Positions 49,786-62,300 of a stretch of DNA of 64,000 nt are shown in pieces. The notes below the pieces were generated by a model. It did no database searches, was not told the DNA's origin, and saw only the letters and a program-made list of their open reading frames with translations. The stretch comes from Amoebophrya sp. A120. Lineage: Eukaryota > Protista > Dinoflagellata. A program made the position numbers and the translations under genes. How positions within the stretch are numbered: the stretch's first letter is position 1; each line of letters starts with the position of its first letter. The stretch covers positions 2,499,065 through 2,563,064 of the forward strand of contig CAJINV010000003.1 of assembly GCA_905178155.1 (NCBI GenBank), read 5' to 3'.

Positions 49786-52700
49786 ATGAAAGCGTTTTTC
49801 GGATCTTCTTCCTCAGCTGCCTCGCGCAGCAAGGGCGGCTCCTTGGAGAAATCGGAGGAGCTGATGCCCTTCCAGAAGACGTTGCTGCACAACACTGGCG
49901 GGTCAGAAGACAGATTCAGTAAATTTGTCACGAAAAGCAGTCACGAGGCTTCCGGCGCTGCGGCCAACAGCTCCTCCTCCATCCTTGCTGCCCGCAGAAA
50001 TTCGCAAGACGCGTTTGCAGTAAAAACGATTGCTGCTTGTTTTTTTTTTTTTTGTATGAGATCCGCTATAAACCATAAGCAAAGAGAAGTAGTGCAGATC
50101 CTAGTGTTCAAGGAGGATTAAGATAGGTCTCTGCTCATCTCCTCCTCCGCCGCGGTTCAATGTGATCAACATGCGTCTTCGGGACTTGTCCGACATCAAT
50201 GCGGGGCCATCCGCAATGATGTTTTAGCAAGCCGAGGCTCCTCATCCTCGTACGTAGGTACGTAATCGCTCCACCCCGTCACGCTTGGGAAGACACAGCC
50301 AGGGTGCGCACGATCTTGCTACGCGAAGAAAGCGGGCACCCAAGAGACTGATTTTGTCTTCGACTCCATTAGCCTCTGCTATGTCTTGGCGGCTGTGTCA
50401 CTGTACCTGTCTCCTTGTGCCCTGTCGCCCTGTGCCCTGTTCTAGTGGCGCTATACTTATGCAGCATCCTTGCTGCCCGCAGAAATTCGCAAGACGCTTT
50501 TGCAGTAACGATTGTTGCTTGTTTTTGTTACCTCCATCCTTGCTGCCCGCAGAAATTCGTTCTGAAGTTAAATCCGCATTACAAATTTTCTTTCTCATTC
50601 TGAGGAAATTTGTCATGCGATTAGTACTAGTACGATACTTTTGCAATGCATAATACCGCACGTTTTCCTGTCTCTCCCGGATATTTTCCCTGCGCTCGCG
50701 CCGCCGATCTTGCTCTTGCTTGGATCGTATCACCTGCAGAAATGTCTGGGTTTGGAAACTTGTGATGCTACAATGTGGATGATGGGAAGAGTTCCGAATG
50801 CAACCCAGCATGATAACTTTCCAGAACGCTTTTTCATAGGCAAATCGCATGAGAAATCGCGTTTTGGCATGTACAAAAGAGGTTGCGACTTTTGTTGCTT
50901 ATGCAATACAGATTTTCTAGGAAGGGAAAGCTAGCATTACAAGTTCCAACCTCCCAGACCCAGACATTTTTGCAATCCATAGATCGCGCTAGTTCGTTTC
51001 GCGCGACCTGCTGCACTAGGGTTTCTTGTTTTGTACTATGGTGGGGAAAAATCCCCCCTCCCCATACTGAGGAGGTATGTTCTACAAATTTGTGATGCTG
51101 ATTTGTGACCAGAAATCCTGTCTCTCTTGCAAGAGGGCAAACGCAGAGAGTGCGCCGCTTTATGCAGGCAATTTGTAATGCTGTTGCGCCGATATGGCAG
51201 GCCTCTGCTATGCTAAGGACCTACAGCAAAACACCCCTACGCAGGTTTAGGCCTTGCCTGCCGTGCGCCCCCCTGCAAGACAGAGCTGATTTGTGTACAC
51301 AAATCCAGCAACAGAAATTTCCGTTTCAATATGGGCGGCAAGGGGGATTTTTCACTTTGATATGTACGTGGACCAATAAATCTGGTTGCGTCATCCTTGC
51401 TGCCCGCAGAAATTCGCAAGACGCGTCTGCAGTAACGATTGTTTGAAGCTTCTAGGTGTTGCCTATTCTGCATGACAAACTGCGTTTCTGCATGTAACGA
51501 TTGCTGCTTGTTTTTGTTACGTATCATCGATTCCTGATTTCATTTTATCCGATTCGTCAGGTGGCTTGGGGCCGTTTTATTTTCTCTTGCAAACTACCAG
51601 GTCTGGGTCTGGCGACCATGATCCGCCAGAACGTTTAGCGCAGCGCTGGTAGAAATTAATATGTGATGCATCATGTTCATCAGGATGTAGATGTACTAGG
51701 AAAATTTGAATTACACTTTGTGCAGGCCAAGGACCAGACAATATTGGTATTCGACTGGGACGATACGCTTTTCCCGACTTCCTGGGTCCGACACTACATG
51801 AATCTATCATACTACACAAGAGTGCTATTGTAGTGCGAGATTTCTCGATTACACTACAAGAAACATGCATAATATTTATTTTTATGGTATAGACAAGCCC
51901 CCCCGCAATCAACCTCGCTGTGTCAACATACAGCTCGGTCGACTTGGAGGCATTTGTGATGCGCAGCAAAAAAGGAAGAGAGACGGAGATCGCATAGGTA
52001 GAGCTTTTTTCTTTCCAGCAACACAAAACTCAATACACAGGCACAGTTGTAGTTGAAAAGTATCTATAACTCTATCTTATGTTACGGGTACATGCCAATA
52101 CTGCAATAGCGCCTTACTGCATGATAAGACCTGCATTGGAAATATCCCCTGGCGGAGCAGCGTATCTCGGCCATTCAGAAGCGAAAAATCAAAGTCGCCC
52201 TCGACGAACTCGCAAACGAAGTTGATATGGGGGTGTCAGGATTGAAATCGTCAAAGTTGAAATGATTTGTCATGCATAAAATGCGATACAAAAAGTGACT
52301 CTATTGCAGAGGACACATGGAAGGCAGATTATAGTCCTGGTAAGGGTCAAAAGTTGGACTGCCGACTAGCATGACAGAGGGCAGCTCTTTTGCCCTAAAC
52401 CGCATGACAGACTCGCTTCCAGCACCGGGAAAATTTGTCATGCGCCGACTACAAACTTTAGGTCTAACTGGTATACGTTTTATGGTGAGGCGCCCTTACA
52501 GGTTGTGTAGTGCTAGTGGTTTCGGTCGGTTTAGCATGACAAACTATTTCAACTTTGACGATTTCAAACCTGACACATCCATAGTTGAGCAGTTTCTGTT
52601 AGCGGCGATGCAGCGCGGTCGCGTCGTCATTGTACTCGAATTTTCGATATTTGAAATCACAAAAAGAAAGAAGATGAGAAATTTTATTTGATGTCACCTG

Positions 52701-54033
52701 TGCCAAAAATAATTGCTCTCTGTCTTGATGCTAGGGTGTAAGAGAAAAGAGACTAATTCACTGTGAATTTTATTAACGAAAAAAGGTAACGTTAGCGCGC
52801 GTGCCGTGGGTTCGACTATCGTGCGACAACTTTTTTCCGAAGGTTGGAAAGCTTCTGCAGGAACAGAACATCAAGATCGTCTACGCGCAGGAGTTGATCC
52901 ACGGAGACGCCGAATTGAGCAACCAGATTCCGTATTTTTTCTCTGTTTTTGAGTGATTGTGGAACTGGTACGTAGCGACATTGTTTTTCTTCTCGATTGG
53001 TTCAACAGGTTAAGGTATTAAACAAGCTGCCGATTGTTCTTGGTGCCATAGCCATTCGCAGCAAAATGAAATACTGATGAAGATGACGCAGCCACAGCAT
53101 AGACATGAAAATGTAGAAGAGCTGCCGTGTGGCTGTTTCGTTCCTTCTTCTTTTTCTTCTTCAAGCGGAGGATGTTCGCACGAAATAGAAACAACCGAAC
53201 CACAAATCTTTCACTTCGTCTTTCTAGGTCGGACGCCGCGGGTCAAGAGCGGTACTGGACAGCGAAGAAGCAACTAGCGATTCAGCGGGAAGTCTATGAA
53301 ACTGAAAAACGCCCCCTGCCCAACAGATAAATCGCTAACCATTTAAGTAAATCAAATAAGACTGTGACATGAAGCCATTTTCTCAAAGCGTGACGGAACG
53401 CGACGGAATTCCGTAAGATATACCGGCTTACCCTCTCGTCGCTTAGCGCCGGCGCCCCAGACATCGCTGATGTGATGGACGGCTGCCACCTTTACTGCTA
53501 CCCTACGCATTTTTACGAAAGAGAGCATTTTTTGCCCACCGGCTCTGTGCGTAGAAAATGGCAGTGATAGGGTACTACTACTTACTGTGCCGTTGTGAGA
53601 CGCTAATCGTCGATGTCAGGGAGGCCTTTTTCAGGATGATAAACGGGAGTTTTTTTACAGCCAGTACCCCGGGCAGTCGTGGAAGAACGTGATCAGCATC
53701 GGGGATTCGGACTTCGAACGAAAGGCGACCCAGCTGACCATGCAGGAATACAGTGTGGGGTTGTCTGACGGCGCGTTGCGGACCAGCCAGAGCCGCGGGG
53801 AGGAGGACCAGATGTGCATGAGCGGGTTCGTGGGCAACCACTACCGCCGGCTGCGCACCAAAACCGTGAAAATGTACGACTCCCCCCGCATCAAAGACCT
53901 GGAGCTGGAGATTCAGCTGCTGAAAAAGTGGCTCACTGCCCTGGTGCAGCTGGATTCCGGCCTCGACGTCGATCTGGAGGACGATGAGCGCCTCGCGGAA
54001 ACCCACCGGCTGCTGACCGGGGAAATTTTGTGA
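49786..54033 (+). CDS. HAD-superfamily protein of the alveolate/stramenopile DWDDT type
   Basis: Reconstructed: AKDQTILVFDWDDTLFPTSWVRHYMN|LHWKYPL..ANEV|EQFLLAAMQRGRVVI|VTLARVPWVRLSCDNFFPKV..YWTAKKQLAIQREV|EFFYSQYPGQSWKNVISIGDSDFER..RLRTKTVKMYDSP. N-terminal exons (49786-51720) are uncertain. Confidence 0.8.
50458..50652. mobile_element. family F element with a rearranged left arm
   Basis: Right end is the reverse complement of the 46945 left end; DR ATACT/ATACC; left TIR is replaced by the local repeat after TATGCAGC. Confidence 0.6.
50728..50981. mobile_element. TIR element, family A
   Basis: TATCACCTGCAGAAATGTCTGGGTTTGG...CCAGACCCAGACATTTTTGCAATCCATA; DR GATCG/GATCG. Confidence 0.9.
51037..51362. 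mobile_element. TIR element, family D
   Basis: TATGGTGGGGAAAAATCCCCCCTCCCCATA...GGGGGATTTTTCACTTTGATA; DR TGTAC/TGTAC. Confidence 0.88.
51805..52126. mobile_element. degenerate TIR intron (singleton family)
   Basis: TATCAT..GCTATTGTAGT...ACTGCAATAGC..ATGATA; DR decayed (GAATC/AGACC), but +5 removal restores the HAD frame. Confidence 0.6.
52226..52583. mobile_element. TIR introner-like element, singleton family with ~50-bp TIR
   Basis: TATGG..TGTCAGGATTGAAATCGTCAAAGTTGAAAT..TTTGTCATGC...GCATGACAAACTATTTCAACTTTGACGATTTCAAACCTGACACATCCATA; DR GTTGA/GTTGA. Confidence 0.92.
53295..53641. mobile_element. degenerate TIR intron (singleton family)
   Basis: TATGAAACTGAAAAACGCCCCCTG...CAGGGAGGCCTTTTTCAGGATGATA; DR decayed (AAGTC/AACGG); +5 removal gives QREV|EFFYSQY. 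Confidence 0.7.
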
Positions 54034-55899
54034 CCAGCAGCGTCAGAATGTAAGTATCACTACTGACAAGCAGTACGGACGATGTATGATGTGTTGAACA
54101 GTCATGATAAATAAAGTTTTCCCACCTTTTTAAGCTACAAATTGAACAATCGTATCTATCCGGTATGATCCACTTTTTTGACAAATAGGGACTTTTGACA
54201 CCTTCACCTTGTGTCGCATTTCTTTCTTGTTTGAGTATAACGAGTTCCCAATCCCATAGGGTTGCACACATCTAAGTCATTCCTGATTTTCGATTGCCAT
54301 GATGATTTGTTGTCACAATCACGTCATAAGTAACTGTATTCAACTTTTTTGGCCCGGGGTAACCAGTGTCCTAATTTTTTATTTTCATGAAAAGCAAAAT
54401 GTATTGGTATTGCGTTTGCGATTGCTTGAGGCAAAACAGGTTCGTTCGGTGTTTTTGTTTCTATTGATGTATGCGACCTCTCGCTCTCTTGTTTCTGTTT
54501 TCAGATGCATGAACCAGGTTACTTCCTATGCGCAGCAGAAAGTGAGTACGTCGTTGGACGGGTAGAGACTCACCGCATGAGTAACGCAAAAAATGCACGC
54601 TTTTCACATTCTTTTGTATACAAATTTGACTGTTGCTTGGGCTGGCGCTTCATTTTATGGACCGCTTGTGCAGCTGTAGTGACCCTGGCTCTACTACGTT
54701 CCGCCAATTTGCACGAACGGATAAAACTACATAAGCACATGCGACTACTTCGACTTTTCTTGTACAATTATTTCGTAACGTTGGAACAAAGCCGGCACTA
54801 CGTTTCGCTAGCTTAGTGTTTCTTTTCGCTTTCCATACTTTAACGGATATTGGTATTCTTCTTGTACAATACATTTTTTTCAGGTATTTGAGTTTCGCCC
54901 ACAGGTAGAAGCAGCACCTTTGTTTTCTAGTATATGATGATTTAGAACTAGAAGATGAATCGACATCGGCGACGAGTCGGCAGACTCAGGCACGACCTAG
55001 CATTGCGGTTACACTTCGGAACAAAAAAGACCTCCGCAGAGCAAGTTGCAGCTCTGTTTTGGTGCATGTCCTTGGCCTTGAGTGTCGATGTAGGCAACCC
55101 AGCCACTACGGATTGTGGTAAGTATGAACTAGATCGTAAACATTGTTTTTCCCTTCCTTTTCTACCAAGGACACAGTACCGTCGTGGGCCATGAGTATTG
55201 GTCCAAAATGGAAACGCTACACACAGCAATGACCTTTTGACAGCCTTGTCATAAATATGCGTCGTTGGTTTGATTTTGAATAGGAGGAACTGGAGACGCA
55301 GACGGCTATCGCAACTGGTACGGTTTCGTAACAGGAGGGTGCGGCCGCACGCGGCCTTGTTTTTCCGCCCACAGCATCGCATATACACATAATTGGCGCT
55401 ACGACTCGGGTGTTCCCGTTAGAAAGTTGGATTCTTTCAGTAATCCTGTTGGATTCCTTGTTCGTCCTAGGCCATTCATTTATGAATCCAACGCCGAGCC
55501 ACTCCAGCGGCTGTGAAAAATCCATTCTTTGTGATTTTGAGGATGAGTCCTTTTCTGGAAGTCAAAAAAAGTGTGTATCGTCTTTGCTTGATGTAGTAGA
55601 TGTATATTAGATTTGCCTATGTGTCATTTTTGGAGATGGAGCTAAGAATTAATCCGATGGCATTATTTGTTGTTGCTTGAGAAGTCTTTCTTTGGATTTT
55701 TTACACAACGCCCAGCCGCTGCTGGGATCGTCGGGAATTGTGTCGCGAACGAGGAGCAGAAATGGGGGTTACCGACCGCAAAGACGTTGAGGTGCCTGTT
55801 GCAGCGACGAGGTCTGCGATGACTGGGCCCGGACACTGCACCTTGGTCGCGCTCGTGCTTGTTGCACTATCACCCGTACTTAAATGCAGCTACAATGTC

Positions 55900-58475
55900 A
55901 GAATCAGAACCATTGCAGACATGAATCTGTGCTCAGAGAACTGAGTGAAAAAGCATGGTTCGTAGAAGAGAAGCGGGACGACAAAGCATGCCAAGATCTG
56001 TATGCCGAGATGAGTGAAGAGCAACTGGCTGGACAAAAAATCACCACCTGGTGTGACTTTTTTCCGCGAGTAAGAAGCTAAGTAAACCGTTCGTTGCTGT
56101 TAGCCTCACAAACGTCAAGGCGCGCGCTCATCCTGATCCTGACGAAGTTGCATATGCATAAGCTGCAGAATGCGCTAGTTGGGGTATTGTCAGTACGCGT
56201 TCAACGTCTTCGCCTCTGAAAAGCTCAGCATCTGATGCACACGCACAATTTGCGCATTGGGAGTACTTGCCGTCCCGCTATTAATGTGCACCACGATACC
56301 GATACGATTTAGAAAGAAATATCCTGGTATTGCGATGAATAGTTACTTTTCATACTAAACTACAGTCTGCTGCATATATTTCGCCCGGTATAATTTTTCT
56401 ACAACAGGTACACTCGTGGCGGCGTTGGATGGAAACACACAGCGTCGCGATGTGCAAGTGACCGCAGCCGGTTTATCCAAAGTTGAGGGTGGAGGTGATC
56501 CCGATGCACGCGAGGATGCAGAGGCGGAGCACACGGATGAAACCCCCGACGCTCACACAAGCACACACACACACACACACAGAGGGTAGTATAGATCTGG
56601 TCTTTATGTTCTTCATCATCTTCTTGTGTGTGAAAGACCGTGATACCACAGCAATCGTCACTTATACTCTCAGACAAAACTCGAGAATGCCTTTCGAAGA
56701 GTTGTGACGATGCACCTGCAAGAATTTCTCACTCTGTTTCCAACCCCGCTACAACACTTCACAGGCAGAAAAAGGGACGCCTAGTTCATCATCGCAGGCG
56801 GCGTCTTTCGTGCAGGAGAAACAGAAGGAGTTCGAGGTGGCGGCGCGAGACGAGATCACCACGTTTACCACGAATAGCCCACTCTCCGAAGACTACGTTC
56901 TGTACCTCCAGAACACGCAAGCGGCGAGAATGTTGGGCGGGCGCATCAAAAGCGGGCTGAACTTGACGACGACGCAGTGGGACAACGTCGAAAAGAACGC
57001 GCTGCTGTTCCCAATAGACATTCTTCCCCCAGTCTATGCGGTGCAGTTACTGCGCACCTACGTCGTTCTCGACAAGGACGCGTCCAACACGCTATCCAGG
57101 CGCGAGGTGGAAAGCACGGCTGTTTTGTTTTGCCCCTTGGTGCCGTGGACGACGGACTCGACCGGAAGAGTGTTATCGGCCGCAAATGTGTCTGTGTGGT
57201 CTCTGGAATAAAAGTGCTAGACTTTTTTTGTCGTGCTTCGCTAGCATCACTTTTGAGTTTCGGCGTGGTTGCATTCTGAAGCGCTGTTTGTCAGCCGGCA
57301 ACTCTAAAACGTCTCATTTTTGGCCGTTGATTCATAATATAATATTGACGCGCCCGTGTTTTCGTGATTCTTCACCCTGCAGCATCACACGTCTCCAGAA
57401 CCAGACATATTTGCAATGCATATGACGATCATGGCAGCAACGTTTTGTACCTGTTCGACATTTCCGGCCTCTTTGTGCTCTCGTTTACGGACTACGCGTG
57501 TTTCTGTAGCAAAATTTCCGCCTGCAGTGAACCGCTACACAGGAGCTCCCTCTTGCAGTACCACGAGGAGGAACGCCGGTTGGTGTCACATGATGGTGGT
57601 TCTTCTGGTGCGGTCCGACTCTCTGAAGCGGAGTCCTCGAACTCCTTCCTCGAGGTAAAATTTGTCACCGATCTGATGTTGCCTTTGTCTTTGTGTTCTT
57701 TGTTGTAATTTTGAGGCCAAGTTATATGAATATGATTTACTTCATGTTGATATAAAAAAAAGGTGAAATTTGTCTTGGGTTCCCTCCTCGTGGCCTACAA
57801 GTTCTATGAACTGGCGCAGGCCCTTCTCGCAGCTCTTCACACTGTGCACACGGTTGTGCACACGGCGCATGCGGCTGGCCACGCTGCCCATGCGTATGTT
57901 CATTTTCCCCACCCTCCGTCTAAAGGCCTGAAGACTGCATGCGAAAAGCTCGTCAAAGTAGTGCACCAAATGAGAGACGCAGTCGACGGAACCACAATTC
58001 ACACAATTGTACATGAGACACAATACATGTTCAAGAAGCTTGACAGCTGGGCGGGAATCAAACACGTCGTGGAGAAAATCTTTAGCCTCCTCGACATCAA
58101 AGCACAGGCTCAGTCGCGCCAAAACATCGAGGCGAGCATCGGAAACATGGAACACGACATCAAGGAGGCAGAGGAAATTTACAACCACTACCTCCATCTT
58201 CACCAGCACGGAAAGCACATGAACTCGGGGAAAGAGAAAGAGGCGCTAAAAAAATGGATAACGCATCTCACTGGATATGAATGGACTGGCAAAGGCAAAA
58301 CTACTGGCCTAGCCCAGAGGAAGAATTGAATTGGTTAATTGCCGAAGAGGAGAAGGAGCATACCAAAGTTTACAATTCTTTGCAAGTTTCACATCGCGCA
58401 TATGACGAATCGCCGGCCGATTTCACACGTAGCCTCAAAAAAAAACTCGGGCTGCGTCGACAAGAAGGTGGTTGA
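55900..58475 (+). CDS. multi-exon hypothetical protein with an EF-hand-like loop and a His-rich region
   Basis: ORFs 56810..57211 (LDKDASNTLSRREV), 57364..57708 and 57763..58329. The first two join across a degenerate TIR element. Termini uncertain. Confidence 0.45.
57174..57422. mobile_element. degenerate family A element
   Basis: TATCGGCCGCAAATGTGTCTG..GGTCTCTGGA...TCCAGAACCAGACATATTTGCAATGCATA; DR lost (AGTGT/TGACG), but +5 removal links ORF 56810 to ORF 57364 in frame. Confidence 0.65.
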
Positions 58476-59376
58476 TGGTTGTTATGAAAAAAGATGACGG
58501 AAAAGAACGCGGGCTCCACTAACGACTGCTGAGTACTTAAGCGAGCAAATCAAATATAGGACGTCTGTGATTTCGCAAATTGCGAGAGTGTTAAGAAAGA
58601 GCAAAAATAGAGCCACGGCATCTGGCTAACGCGACCGCAATAGATCCGTGGTTTCTTTCTTCTTCTAATTCTTGTGTCCCAGTGCCAGTCGTACGTCGTC
58701 CCCGATTATGTCACGTATGTGAAGTCGTGAGTGAATACAATTCACTGAGTTGTAAGTTTCGTGAAGATGGCGGACGTAGAGTCGTGTCGTCGCAATTCAG
58801 GATTGCGGCACCGTCACTGCAATCGGTTTTTACACTTGGAGGTATTAGCACTACTTCTCGGGAAGTTTTAACTTTTCTTTTCTCTTCGTTGTCGTACGTG
58901 GGTTGCTGCTGATTTTTCATTTTCCTATTCGTATTTCATCAAAAGCGAAGCCTCTCTGGTGAATCGTTTTTGTTTTTTCCAGACCAGTTTTTTTTTTCGT
59001 GTGGATGGACCACGTGGCAGAAGGGACACCAGCTGCGACCGCCTATAACTAATTGCAGGTTGGGGCAGGGGCACCCGGGATGACGTTGTACTACTAATAG
59101 AATTCTTCTTCAAGAACTGAGCTTCCGGCAGTGTCACTTACCAGACTATGTAAAACATGAATTTTTCGTGAACTACCGACTTGGAGGTCATCCTCGATCT
59201 ATTGAAGATTTACTATAGATGGTTCTACTGATTCTATTGATTTCATGAGCAGTTGTCTCAAACAAAAACAAAATCACAAATCATTGATGGAACCAGCATG
59301 GGCGGATCCCGTTCGAATCCGAGGATCATCTAGATCGTAGAATCCCCTGATCACGACGAAAGTCGGCGGCGGCAAC

Positions 59377-62300
59377 ATGCCGGAGGACAGCTCTGCCGCG
59401 GGGGCCGAGGTCCTCGGCGACCTGGATCAAGCGAGCGCCGGGTCGCCGCTGGGCAAGCGGTCGGTGGTAGATATGGTGAACCTGGCCCAGCCTAATACGC
59501 TGGGGAAGGACCAGGCTCTCCTGAACGAGGACGGGGAAGCAGGGACCGAAAATGCGCAGGACGGCGGCATCAACGACGGGGCCATGGCCGTGGAGATGTG
59601 GTATTGGAACACCGCGTATCAAATGTAAAAATGTCTGGGTCTGGAAGAATGCAGATTTTTGTCATGCTGTTTTTGCATGACGCAAAATGTCTGTCATGGA
59701 AGCTCTAGCATCACAGATTTCGAGAAGCTTCCGCATTGCTTAATCCGCATGACAAATCCCCCATTTTGGTGACAGGAAATGGGCGCCTTTTGCTGCCTAT
59801 GCATGAGAGATGTGTCTGTGTTGTGAAATGCGCATCACAAGTTCGCATCCTTCCAGACCCAGACATTTTTGCATTTGATACTGCGAACGAGTTCAAGTCC
59901 GAGGTGATGTTTTGCAACCCGGTGGACAGTATCCACTGCAAAAATGTCTTGGTCTGGAAGATTCTGAGACTTGTCATGCACGTTTTGCATGAGCCATGAT
60001 GTCTGTGATGGATGCCCTAGCGTCACAGATCTTTTGCGGGCTTCTTGATGCCTATTCCGCATGACAAATGCCCTCTCCGCGTAGCAAAAACTACATTGCC
60101 TTTGCTGCTCATGCAATACAGATTTTTTCTGGAATCCAAATGCAGCGTCACAGGTTGTGGATGTAGTCTTCCGGACCCGGACATATTTGTATTTGATAGG
60201 CAGCGATACACCGAAGCTGATCATCCCCCTGGAGGTGTTCGACAAGATGAAGAAGGTGTACAACGAGAAAACGCGGCTGCTGCACTCGCGGAAGAACCAG
60301 TTTGACGAACTTTTGACGCTGTTCCGCACTGTATCGTACGAAAAAAGTGTTTCACTGTAAGGATTTTGCAAGCTTTGCATCACATGTTTGTTCTAGTACA
60401 CCAAAGAGAAAATTTGCCATGCGAGATTCCGAAGGGAAAACACAGCCAAAAATCCACTGTCTTGCATGTGTAGCAAGACAAACACTTCTCAGATACATTT
60501 TCTGCATTACAAGTCTCCAGTGAAGCAGTTTTTTTTTGCGATACACCATGCGCCGGCAGTACTACCACGACCTGCAGGGCTTGCGGGATCTCCTGAAGAC
60601 CGCACGGGAAGCGCAGGAGCTCCGGTACTTAACCTATTTCTACCGTAGGAACAGATACTTGAAACCTGACGCGAGGCATGACGGGTTGTGATTGAATCAA
60701 AAATGTCGCATCAAGAACATCCTCCAACGAATGGAGAAAAAGAAATTGTAATTGAACAAATGTATGTGGATGTGGTGAAGTATAATTAGAGTGTATAATC
60801 CATTCTGGGAAGGAGTTTATTTGTTGAACCTGCAACTGTATATGACCTTGATTTCTGTTCGTCGCACAACATACAGAGAAAACGGCGGGTACTTGGACCC
60901 GCGAAAGCAGGCGCGGATGGCGCGCATGGAATCGGTCGTGATGAACCGGGAGGTGCACTACTTTAATGTTTTGGACGTGGTGGACCCCGAGTTCAAGGAG
61001 ATCTTGATCGCGGAGTGCCGGCAGTTTCACAAGGAGCTCATCCTCGAGAACGCGGCCTTGGCGGACCAGTTGGCGGCGCTGGGGATCGGGACGCTAACGC
61101 TCGAGGAAAAACTGCGCATGTTCATCGCGGAATTCGAACTCAGCGAGATTGTCAACCAGTTAGCGAAATTCGCCCCGGGTGACACGGCGCCGCAGTCGGT
61201 GCGCCGCCGGTACCTGTATCCAAGAAAAAAACTGTGCTAGTGTCACCTTCTTTGGATGACAGCATCACAAATTTGCTCTACGTGACAGAGAAAACCTGTC
61301 ATGCGAGGCTCGTAAGGGAAAACAGACATGAAAAAAGAACTTCATGGCTGCCTGACATGACAGGTGTAACTCTGTTGCATGTTCTGCATTACAGAGTTAC
61401 ACCTACAGAGTTTTTTTCTTGCATAACCTGCTGTCGCTCTTCAACGCCGCCGGTATTGAAGAGCAGTTCGCAGACGAAATCATCGCAAAGTAAGATTATT
61501 ACGCTCGCACTCGCTCATCTTCTACTTTGCGGTCTTTACAGAGACGGATCCATATTTAACTTCTGGTTTCATCGCTTCGTTTGACTAATCTATGTGGTTT
61601 TCTTGAAGATTATGCGAACTTTGTTCTCAGCGCAAAGTAGCCAGGAGAATATTTGAAATAAACAATTCCGGAGAAGGACTGAATCGACCAAAAGAAATTT
61701 GTCTTTGGCAGGTACATTGATAAGACTGCTGGGTCTGACGCTCCGAAGGACCCAACGGAATCCGAAGAATACAAGTCCTTGAAAGAGAAATACGACGAAC
61801 TCGACGAACGCCGCGGGGACTTGATGGCCGAACTGGATGACTTGCGGGCACAGGTGTCCGAAATCTCCGACATTAAGGACGCGGAGATGAGTATCCAAGA
61901 AAAATAAAACTGTGTTAGTGCAGGTGTCTTCTACTTCAGGGGACAGCGTTACAAATTCGTTCTGCATATGGCAGGAAAAGTCTGTCATGCGCAGCTAGGA
62001 CGCGAAAATCAAAACACGTAATATGAAAACAGCGCGATATGGCTGGCCAGCATGACATTGTGTAAAATTCTTTGCGTTTTTTTTTATCTGCATCACACAC
62101 ACACACAGTTTTTTTCTTGCATAATGAGCGACCTGCGTATGGAGTGCGACCGACTGCGGTCCGAGGCCCTGTCCGCGCAGGCCGCCGTGCCCACGGAGCC
62201 CCAGGTGCCGGCCGCCGAGCTTGCGGCGCTGCAGGCCGAGCTGGCCGCGGCAAAATCGGATCTGGACGCGGCGCGCGCCGAAGTGGTCGCCAAGGACGCG

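Larger units (their letters stand above)
49981..51522 (+). repeat. local dispersed ~60-70 bp repeat, 4 copies plus a fragment
   Basis: ATCCTTGCTGCCCGCAGAAATTCG(CAAGACGC...GCAGTAACGATTG) at 49981, 50466, 50536 and 51393; tail fragment at ~51495. Confidence 0.8.

Noticed and set aside
56562-56581. (CA)n tracts here and at ~22521 and ~62094
   Set aside because: Ordinary microsatellites.
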